A DNA stretch of 28,199 bases from Candidatus Wolframiiraptor sinensis. Lineage in GTDB: Archaea; Thermoproteota; Nitrososphaeria_A; Caldarchaeales; Wolframiiraptoraceae. Under the pieces are notes generated by a model. That model was not told where the DNA came from. It did no database searches and saw only the letters and a program-made list of their open reading frames with translations. The position numbers and the translations under genes were made by a program. The stretch covers positions 1 to 28,199 of the forward strand of contig JALNKA010000011.1 in assembly GCA_023261815.1 (NCBI GenBank), written 5' to 3'. Shown piece by piece: positions 1 to 7,186 of this stretch (position 1 is its first letter; each line of letters opens with the position of its first letter).

Positions 1-225
1 TTTTAAATTTTTTATAGAATGTTCTGCGCGATTCTTTGAGACTGTATCGCTGAAGCTGATGTAAAGATTGAAAGTGCATGAATTTATGAACGAGTTGCAT
101 TTAGCCTCCAGGTCACTTGGCCGTATTGATCAGGTAATGAGCTTTAGCTCAAGTAAGTTCATGCAGTAAATAGAGCGAATCATGGATCCTCAGACTCCTT
201 GAACTTGGGATTAGATTGGTGCCGG

Positions 226-1542
226 TTACTCGGGTTCTTTGACGTGGAGTATGAATAGTATTGTGGTGAGCGCTCCGAGTGCTCCCGTGATCCAGAATGG
301 GAGGGCTATTCCCTGGATCTGGAATTCTGTGACATGGTATGTCTGGCTCGCTAGTATCTGGGTGAGCCATCCTCCGAGTATTGATCCGGCGAGGACGCCG
401 CCGTTCATGAAGAGCTCCTGGATCCCGAAGATCGATCCCCTGACTTCCTTCGGCGTCAGGTCTGCTTGGAGGGCTTGCATGGCCGGCACCGATATCCCGA
501 ATGTCATGCTGGATGGTATCGCGAGCGCGAGGAAGAGGGCTGGATCGCGGATGAATGGTATCAGGAAAAATGTCCCCCTCCCGATCACGTATCCAAGCGT
601 TATGATGGGCTTTCTCCTTCTGATCCTATCGGTTACATATCCGGATGCGAGTGAGGCTGGGAGAGCGGCGGCCGAAGAGATGATGTAATATAGCCCGATA
701 TATGCTGGATCCTTCACGACGAACTCTATCATGTAGACTATTAGTGCGATCTCGATTATCCCGAGGCTGAATCCGTTTATGGCGCCGTTGAGATACATTA
801 TCTTCAAGCTTCTTGAGACCGCTTCTGGGAAGGATTTTATCGCCGCCTTGACCTCGCTGAGTCCAGGCTTTATTCTCGGGTTCGTGCTCGCCGGCGTGCT
901 CGGTAGAAAGATTACGGTGATGAGGGAGCCGAGGGTCATGAGCGCGAGGAAGATTATCGGGGACTTCATAGCCATGATGTAGTCGGCTCCCCCGAAGAAC
1001 GCGGTCCAAGTCTTGTATATCGCAACCCCTATCCCCGGCCCTATCAGCTCCGCGATCAGCATCGAGGCGACGTACGCTGAGAGCGCCCTCCCCCTCTGCC
1101 ACCTCCTAGTCACGTCTGCGAGATGTGCTTGGGCGACGGGCCAGACCATTGCGGAGCCGGCTCCTTGAACGGCCCTGAAGATTATCAGCATCGGGATATT
1201 CTGGGAGATTATGAAGCCTGTCGTCGCGAGGAGGTAGAGGCTCATCCCGGCGACTATCGTCCGCTTCCTCCCGAAGACGTCGCTCAGAAATCCCGAGAAC
1301 ACCGACATGGGCGCTCTAGTGATCATGAATGCCGCCATGAGGAGGCCGAACTCCAAGGCGCCATGATGCGCCTCGATCACGCCCGCGGTCAGCTCAGGAA
1401 GCTCCTTCAAGACGCCTTCCAGCGCGAGGACTAGGTATGGAAAGAGGGGGCCGAGCGCGGAGAACCCGAGATTTATGATGAAGGATGCAGCGATCAGGAT
1501 CAAGACCGCCTTCCTGACATCGAGCCTATCCGGCATTCTCAT
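226..1542 (-). CDS. MFS transporter
   Basis: 438 aa, about 12 hydrophobic segments, MFS motif A (GFLSDVFGRKR; repeated as GYVTDRIRRRK), RAVQGAG. Confidence 0.9.
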   Translation of the reverse strand: MRMPDRLDVRKAVLILIAASFIINLGFSALGPLFPYLVLALEGVLKELPELTAGVIEAHHGALEFGLLMAAFMITRAPMSVFSGFLSDVFGRKRTIVAGMSLYLLATTGFIISQNIPMLIIFRAVQGAGSAMVWPVAQAHLADVTRRWQRGRALSAYVASMLIAELIGPGIGVAIYKTWTAFFGGADYIMAMKSPIIFLALMTLGSLITVIFLPSTPASTNPRIKPGLSEVKAAIKSFPEAVSRSLKIMYLNGAINGFSLGIIEIALIVYMIEFVVKDPAYIGLYYIISSAAALPASLASGYVTDRIRRRKPIITLGYVIGRGTFFLIPFIRDPALFLALAIPSSMTFGISVPAMQALQADLTPKEVRGSIFGIQELFMNGGVLAGSILGGWLTQILASQTYHVTEFQIQGIALPFWITGALGALTTILFILHVKEPE

Positions 1543-1722
1543 TTACCATTCGAGCTTAGGCGCACAGGCTCACGGCCGCAGCCCCATGCTCTAAAAGCCC
1601 CTATTTATCCATGCGAGCAGAGCGCTTTCCCACGAGATAACTCAGCTCACAGATTCGGCAGTAAAATAATTTCAATTTCTCAGATCCTTCGGTGCGATGA
1701 TGAAATTATTGTTGCGGTAATG

Positions 1723-1797
1723 TGGGGCCGCTGGGATTTGAACCCAGGACCTCGCGGGCCCAAGCCGCGAATCATAACCAAGCTAGACCACGGCCCC
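1723..1797 (-). tRNA. tRNA-Pro(TGG)
   Basis: Reverse complement GGGGCCG TG GTCT AGCTTGGTT ATGAT T CGCGG CTTGGGC CCGCG AGGTC CTGGG TTCAAAT CCCAG CGGCCCC A; acceptor, anticodon and T stems all pair; no encoded CCA. Confidence 0.95.
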
Positions 1798-1893
1798 CGG
1801 CAAGGGTTCAATGGCATGCTGATTTTTAGCTTTACAGACTGCTCGGCATTTAAGGTTATGGTTATTAGGAGTAATTTTTACGATTTCCAGGGA

Positions 1894-1921
1894 GCCCCGG
1901 TAGCTCAGCCGGCAGAGCGGC
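1894..1921 (+). pseudogene. 5' fragment of tRNA-Thr (left junction, attL-like)
   Basis: GCCCCGGTAGCTCAGCCGGCAGAGCGGC = acceptor 5' strand + D arm; 26/28 identical to 3229-3256; ends abruptly in TTAAGGCCCC. Confidence 0.9.
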
Positions 1922-2113
1922 TTAAGGCCCCCCTCACTTTAACACCCTAACATTAAACATGTTTATACCAAAACTTTTATGTCCGGGAACTTGAGGAGAA
2001 GTGCGGCGCATGGGGCTTTAAAGCCCGAGCAGTTAGCGACCCGACGTCTTCTGCAACGCTGAGAACAGGGTCCTAGGAAAAGAATTATTAGTTTACATGA
2101 TTATAGAACGATG

Positions 2114-2145
2114 TTTAAAAAGACTATGAGCTAATAGAGGAGGTG
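2114..2145 (+). promoter_or_regulatory. TATA-like box and Shine-Dalgarno site of the element ORF
   Basis: TTTAAAAA at 2114-2121 and GGAGGTG at 2139-2145, upstream of ATG 2148. Confidence 0.5.
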
Positions 2146-2147
2146 CC

Positions 2148-3095
2148 ATGGAGTTGACTGAAAGGAAGATATACTATGTGGATGTAGCTAATGCAGGAAA
2201 GAAGAATAAGTTGCATGCGGTTTTTGATGGAAAGAGGACCTTTAAGGTTAGGAGGTTGATGGAGCTCGAGGATGCTGATGAAATCTACGTTGACATGTTA
2301 TTCCCGGAGAACTACGGTGAGGTCTTAAAGATGCTAGAGAAGGGCATTAAAATCTTTCTGCTGACGGAAACAAAACTCATCAAAAAGCTGAGAGTCCAAA
2401 ACAATGTAAGAAAAACTGATGAAAATGATTCAAAAGTCTTATCACTAATCTCAAAAGAATGCTTCCGAAATGTGAGTGTGGAGGAAATTAGGAGGAGAAT
2501 GGAAATGCAACCATTGATAGCGAAATACGAGGTCTTAACCCGAAGGATTAAAACTCTAAAACAATGGCTTAAAGATGGTCAAACCTCCGAAGAAATAAGA
2601 AAGGAGATCGTGAAAACGTCAAGAGAATTCGAGAAAGAAAGGAGTAAGATTGGCAGAGAGATAATCAGTGCACTCGGCGAGAATTATCGAAAAATTCTGG
2701 AAAAGATAGGGTTGAGGGGTAGCGTTGAGGCAGCCATACTACTAACATACTTGGATCTTAGTCGTGGAATAAATAAGCTGTTGACGTATTGTTGGAGGAG
2801 TAGAAAAGTGAACGAGCATTTATCAAAGTTAGTGTATAGCATTTATCGCCACTATCTAAGGGGAGACGTGGTCCCGGAGGCGTATAGGAAATTCATAGAA
2901 GAATCGAGAGGAAAATTGTCGAAGAGGCAGTTGCTCGTGAGACTCAAGAGAATGGTCATCAAAGATCTTAGAAGAGCATACATCGAACTTTCGGTGAAGT
3001 CGGCATCGCAAATAGGTGCCTATGGGACCGGAGGAAATGAGCCTCAGACAGCAAGAGCGACGGACGCGTCTATAGTTTCTTTGAAAAACCTATAG
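2148..3095 (+). CDS. IS110-family-like (DEDD RuvC + coiled coil + Nop/Tnp-like C-terminus) recombinase/nuclease
   Basis: YYVD(12) strand, IYVD(49), KTDEND (D91, D94; IS110 KTDxxDA motif), helical linker, IGLRGSVEAAILL and KLLTYC..N.HL..LVY resembling the IS110 C-terminal domain; the GLxP..QSG loop is absent. Confidence 0.7.
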   Translation: MELTERKIYYVDVANAGKKNKLHAVFDGKRTFKVRRLMELEDADEIYVDMLFPENYGEVLKMLEKGIKIFLLTETKLIKKLRVQNNVRKTDENDSKVLSLISKECFRNVSVEEIRRRMEMQPLIAKYEVLTRRIKTLKQWLKDGQTSEEIRKEIVKTSREFEKERSKIGREIISALGENYRKILEKIGLRGSVEAAILLTYLDLSRGINKLLTYCWRSRKVNEHLSKLVYSIYRHYLRGDVVPEAYRKFIEESRGKLSKRQLLVRLKRMVIKDLRRAYIELSVKSASQIGAYGTGGNEPQTARATDASIVSLKNL

Positions 3096-3147
3096 ACGCG
3101 CTACAAGGCCGACCTGTCTGGGGGCCGCCTCATACGGTCTCATAGGC
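3018..3147 (+). ncRNA. Putative guide (bridge/seek/tigRNA-like) hairpin RNA
   Basis: Stems 3018-3030/3135-3147, 3037-3041/3129-3133, 3042-3051/3114-3123 and 3065-3075/3090-3100; symmetric 13x13 internal loop whose strands match the tRNA target. Confidence 0.7.
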
Positions 3148-3174
3148 CCTCTCTTTTCTTCTTCCCTTTTCTCT
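3148..3174 (+). terminator. Pyrimidine/U-rich archaeal terminator-like tract
   Basis: CCTCTCTTTTCTTCTTCCCTTTTCTCT directly after the hairpin. Confidence 0.5.
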
Positions 3175-3228
3175 ACATTCCTTTAAAGAGCTAAGGTTAA
3201 TTAGCTTGAGAGTAAAATAGATTTTACA

Positions 3229-3331
3229 GCCCCGGTAGCTCAGCGGGTAGAGCGGCAGCCTTGTAAAGTTTATGTGATCTTTTGTTTTTCAAGAAAGCTG
3301 CAGGCCGCGGGTTCAAAGCCCGCCCGGGGCT
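3229..3331 (+). tRNA. tRNA-Thr(TGT) with a 30-nt intron at 37/38 (3266-3295)
   Basis: GCCCCGG/CCGGGGC acceptor stem, GCTC/GAGC D stem, GCAGC/GCTGC anticodon stem, GCGGG TTCAAAG CCCGC T arm; BHB motif with CTTG/CAAG central helix and TAA and AAA bulges. Confidence 0.93.
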
Positions 3332-3422
3332 TCAATATTCCTAGTCACGTGTTTTCTCTTTAAGGCTTTAATGACCGCAAGGCTGCTAAGATTTATCATC
3401 TCAATTGTAGGATGTTGTTAGT

Positions 3423-4272
3423 ATGGTCTCCTTAGGTAAGCGGTATGCGACTTTACTTGAGGTCTGCCTAGTCTCTCTACTTCTGACTTTTGTTGGATGG
3501 CTCCGAGATGCTTATTTAGCCTACTTGAAGTGTAGTATGTTCTGGCATTTTGGCTTCCCCAGCATTTATGATGCTCATAGCCCTACTTGCCATAATCTTA
3601 CCCAGGAGGAGCTTTAGGATTTACGGCTTTCTGCCCAGAAGCCCGCGCTTTACATTGAAGTGGAGCTCAGCATTTATAGCGGTCTTTATCCTGCCCGCGG
3701 TGTTCTCAATCGGGGTGTCGGCAGCTCTGGGCGTGGCTAAGCCTGCTGGGCTATCGCCGCTCAGCATAATTCTAAACGTAATCTTCAACATGATTTTCAT
3801 CGGGCTTGTTGAGGAGGCTTATTTTAGGGGTTATGTGCGGTCTAGGCTTAATGAGGCCTTTGAGAGGCGCTGGCGGAGGCTCATCTTTAAGGCTTGGAAG
3901 GTCGATTATAGAATGAGCTTACCTCTAACCTCCATAATCTTCGCCCTGATTCACATAGTCAACTACTGGAATCCGATTATATCAAGGTGGGAGCCGGCTT
4001 GGTGGATGCCCATACACATCCTAGGAGCCTTCGCCTTCGGGTGCCTGGCCGGCGCTCTAAGGGAGGCATCAGACATTTATGTCTCGGCTTCACTGCACGG
4101 AGGCATAATGACCGCCTACACGTTTCTATCCATTTATACAAGCGAATTGACCCTAAACATCAGCCTATTCATCAGCTGGCTCATCTTCTTCTACCTTCTG
4201 GCCATCTTCTTCCATGAATCCGAGAACCTAAGTGGCCTAGATTTGAGAGGGCGCAGTAAGAATAGTGAATGA
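3423..4272 (+). pseudogene. CPBP (Abi/CAAX) family intramembrane metalloprotease, apparently frameshifted near 3528-3550
   Basis: ORF 3550-4272 has GLVEEAYFRG, FALIH and SLHG motifs; ORF 3423 supplies an N-terminal TM segment in another frame. Confidence 0.65.
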
Positions 4273-4393
4273 ACTTAGGTCTTCGGAAACCCTAGATCAG
4301 AAGGTTGGAGGGAGCCTGAGGTCGGGGGTTCGAAGCCGCTCAGGGTTACAGATTACGGCTTTCCTCATGTAGATTGCGTTTCTTCCGGATTGC

Positions 4394-5569
4394 TCATTCT
4401 TGAGCTGAGTGCTTGTTCAATATTCCCAGCGTTATGAGTGACGCTGCTTGAGTGATGATTACGTAGCCTATGATTGTGGGCGCTGGTAGTTGTAGTAGGA
4501 GTGTTAGTATGAGGCCGCCAACCCCCCATGAGATTCCGTAAAGCATTCCGAAGACTCCGTAGGCGATCGCCAGCCCCTCTTTATCCACTATATCCGCTAT
4601 TGAGGCCCTCATTATGGTCTCTGAGGCGCCCATCGTGAGCCCCCAGAAGGCTGCCATCACGTATGCTAGTATCGCGCTCCTCGTGGTTAATAGTAGCGGG
4701 ATCATTAATGTTGCTATTGGAGCTATGTAGAGGCTCCTGAACTTTATCACGTCGTAAAGGTGGCCTATTGGGAGGGCTATTATGGCGTCCACGCCCATCG
4801 CGATCGCGTATAGCATCGCTATCTCGGCATCTCCCATGATACCCCATGATTTCAGGAAGTAGGATGCTATGGCCCAGTGCAGGAAGCCCAGAGACTGGAG
4901 CATCATCGCCGATGTGTAGAGCCAAAACCTTCTGCTCAGGCCTCTGAACGAGAGCTTTCTCGGCGAGATCTCGACGCTCTTAATTTTCGGATAAAGAGAC
5001 CATGCCGTGAATATGAAAATCATCGCCAGAGTGCCCGGGATCAGAAGCATTAGAAATGCCTTGGAGTAATCATAGTGTATGAGCATGAATGCGAAGAGTA
5101 GGGGGCCTGCCAAGGCGCCGACTTGATCCATAACCTCGTGGAGGCCGAAGCCCTTTCCCCTGCCAACCCCCTCCGTTACCTCGGCCAGGATCACGTCTCT
5201 CAAGGGCGTCCTTAAGCCCTTTCCAACCCTCTCCACGAGATATAGCGCTGTCGCGATCCACCAAAATCCCGCGAAGGCGAGGAAGGGCAGGACCATGACG
5301 TTCATGGCGTAGCCCAGTGCTACGAAGCCCCAGAAGGCGGCCGAGGACCCCAGGTAGGATGCCAGCATACCGCTCACGAATCTGAGAGCATATCCCAGAA
5401 ACTCGCCCGCGCCGATTATGGATGACGCGATTGGCGGAGCTCCGAGATGCTCCAAATAGGCTCCGCTGGCGGATCTAGCTCCCTCATAAACCATGTCAGC
5501 GGCCAGCGAGATGAGCCCGAGCAGAACAAAAACCACCAGAGCTCTCCTACCATATCTCCTGAGCTCCAT
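4394..5569 (-). CDS. MFS transporter
   Basis: Multi-TM; ADMVYEGARS, ERVGKGLRTPLRD and GKGFGLHEVMDQVGA motifs; start moved to ATG 5569, with TTAAATA about 30 nt upstream. Confidence 0.85.
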   Translation of the reverse strand: MELRRYGRRALVVFVLLGLISLAADMVYEGARSASGAYLEHLGAPPIASSIIGAGEFLGYALRFVSGMLASYLGSSAAFWGFVALGYAMNVMVLPFLAFAGFWWIATALYLVERVGKGLRTPLRDVILAEVTEGVGRGKGFGLHEVMDQVGALAGPLLFAFMLIHYDYSKAFLMLLIPGTLAMIFIFTAWSLYPKIKSVEISPRKLSFRGLSRRFWLYTSAMMLQSLGFLHWAIASYFLKSWGIMGDAEIAMLYAIAMGVDAIIALPIGHLYDVIKFRSLYIAPIATLMIPLLLTTRSAILAYVMAAFWGLTMGASETIMRASIADIVDKEGLAIAYGVFGMLYGISWGVGGLILTLLLQLPAPTIIGYVIITQAASLITLGILNKHSAQE

Positions 5570-5775
5570 CGCGTTAAACCTCGGAAATGGAGTGAAATAT
5601 TTAAGAGTATTATGTTTTTGCGGATGGATGCTCAGGCGCATGGAATGAGCGAGTATAGAGGCTTGACGAGCGAGGAGCCATCACCGCACTATGGCTCATC
5701 GGATTAGAGTAAGCTGTGCGAAAAGCTCGGGAACTGTATCGCCAAATCTTTCTATTGGCTTCAATGTTTCCTCAT

Positions 5776-6144
5776 TTATTCATGCTTATCATCCTCATGG
5801 ATTCTGAGCATTCTCAGGAGCTTCTTCCGCCCCTCCCGAGGATCCTTGAGGGCTTCAAGGAGCTCGTTTGGGTCTTCCGCATCGAGGATATTTTCCTCGA
5901 TCATCTTTTTGGCCATTATTCGGATCATCGCATCGGCCCCCTGCCCGAAGAGTCTTCTCATCGCTACGTGGAAGCTGTGGGGGTCCGCGCATAGGGCATC
6001 ATAGGGATTATTCTGCAGCAACTTCTCAAGATGATATTCCAGAACCCTCAGCCCTGTTCTGCCTAAGAGCGTTTCAAGCACTGGTCGGATGATCCTAGCG
6101 ACCTCCCCTCCTGAGGGGCTCGGAGAATACTCCCGATGCGACAT
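5776..6144 (-). CDS. Small helical archaeal protein (DUF3227/NitrOD-like)
   Basis: Pattern L..LLG..G..VL.YHL....P..F...MRRLFG.GA..M; ATG 6144 preceded by GAGGT. Confidence 0.55.
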   Translation of the reverse strand: MSHREYSPSPSGGEVARIIRPVLETLLGRTGLRVLEYHLEKLLQNNPYDALCADPHSFHVAMRRLFGQGADAMIRIMAKKMIEENILDAEDPNELLEALKDPREGRKKLLRMLRIHEDDKHE

Positions 6145-6307
6145 TACCTCATCATTTTCTCGCTGTGCATGCCTATAAGAATGCTGCTCGCGCGGAATTG
6201 AGGTATTCCCGTCAAATTTACACCATGAATATCCGGGGTGCCTTATGGGGATGAGCCTCTGAAGTGCGGCGAAAGAGATATTACTGGTGCTCAGCCCCAA
6301 TTAATGC

Positions 6308-7174
6308 ATGAATGGATTCGATTTGGGAATCGTCTTCTGGCTCTTCCTCCTATTGCTGATTTTTCTCTGGCCGCAGTATAGGCTTAGGGCTCTTCAGGGC
6401 GCTAGGCTCAGCCTGATCAGGAAGCTCGAGGCGAAGCTCGGATGCAGGGTCATCACGCTCATTCACAGGCAGGAGAGGATAGGGCTCTTCGGGATACCAT
6501 TTTACCGGTACATAGACATAGAAGACTCGGAGCACGTGCTCAGGGCAATCAGGACTACTTCGCCCGACACGCCGATAGCAATCATAATTCATACGCCCGG
6601 CGGCCTGGTCCTCGCGGCAGCCCAGATAGCCCTCGCCCTAAAAGAGCATAAAGCGAAAACGATAGCCATCATCCCGCACTACGCCATGAGCGGTGGAACG
6701 CTCATAGCCCTCGCGGCAGACGAGATCTGGATGGACGAGAACGCAGTCCTCGGCCCAGTTGACCCGCAAATAAGCGACCCGAGGCATGGAGCGATCCCAG
6801 CATCCTCGATCCTGAGAGTCGTGAATGAGAAAGGTAAAGATAAGGTTCGGGAAGAATACTTGTTGCTCGCGGACATCGCGGAGAAGGCGATGAGGCAGAT
6901 GGAGGAGCTCGTCTACAAGCTGTTAAAGGATAAAATGGGAGATAGGGCGAGGGAGCTGGCGAAGATAATGGTTGAGGGTAGATGGACTCATGATTACCCG
7001 ATAACGGTCGAGGAGGCCAGAAGCCTCGGGATACCGGTCAAGACCGAGATACCGGCCGAAGTCTATCAGCTGATGGAGCTCTATCCGCAGCCAGCCGCGC
7101 TAAGGCCGAGCGTCGAGTACGTGCCCGCGCCATACGCTCCGCCCAGGAGCCGTAGGGGCGAGCAGCAGAGGTAG
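6308..7174 (+). CDS. ClpP-class membrane serine protease (SDH_sah/DUF114 family)
   Basis: N-terminal TM, IHTPGGLVLAA, HYAMSGGTLIALAADEI, LGPVDPQ, WTHDYPI. Confidence 0.9.
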   Translation: MNGFDLGIVFWLFLLLLIFLWPQYRLRALQGARLSLIRKLEAKLGCRVITLIHRQERIGLFGIPFYRYIDIEDSEHVLRAIRTTSPDTPIAIIIHTPGGLVLAAAQIALALKEHKAKTIAIIPHYAMSGGTLIALAADEIWMDENAVLGPVDPQISDPRHGAIPASSILRVVNEKGKDKVREEYLLLADIAEKAMRQMEELVYKLLKDKMGDRARELAKIMVEGRWTHDYPITVEEARSLGIPVKTEIPAEVYQLMELYPQPAALRPSVEYVPAPYAPPRSRRGEQQR

Positions 7175-7186
7175 TGGCCGCGGGGT

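Larger units (their letters stand above)
1922..3256 (+). mobile_element. IS110/TIGR-Tas-like element inserted in tRNA-Thr, carrying a replacement promoter-like region and 5' tRNA fragment
   Basis: Bounded by the duplicated tRNA 5' fragments; visibly AT-richer than the host genes; single RuvC-type ORF plus 3' structured RNA. The crossover could lie anywhere in the shared AGAGCGGC block. Confidence 0.75.

Noticed and set aside
45-74. CRISPR-repeat-like ending GATTGAAAG in the AT-rich window start
   Set aside because: Single copy; no second repeat, spacer or cas gene.
1-100. Partial minus-strand ORF (MQLVHKFMHF...) with GGAGG upstream
   Set aside because: Only 33 codons with no recognisable motif; cannot be supported.
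1696-1725. GATGATGA C-box-like motif
   Set aside because: No D'/D boxes at suitable spacing, and it runs into the antisense of tRNA-Pro.
1894-1921. Split (trans-spliced) tRNA half
   Set aside because: No flanking complementary leader or BHB to a separate 3' half, and a full tRNA-Thr lies 1.3 kb downstream; an insertion scar explains it better.
1720-1950. 76-aa ORF MWGRWDLNPGP...
   Set aside because: Translation of tRNA-Pro antisense and the tRNA-Thr fragment; spurious.
1922-3228. Multi-unit TIGR array or CRISPR array beside the RuvC ORF
   Set aside because: No tandem repeats found on either side; only one two-guide hairpin.
5628-5700. Small hairpins (GCTCA/TGAGC, GAGCCAT/ATGGCTC) in the intergenic region
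   Set aside because: Short stems with no recognisable RNA family or target match.
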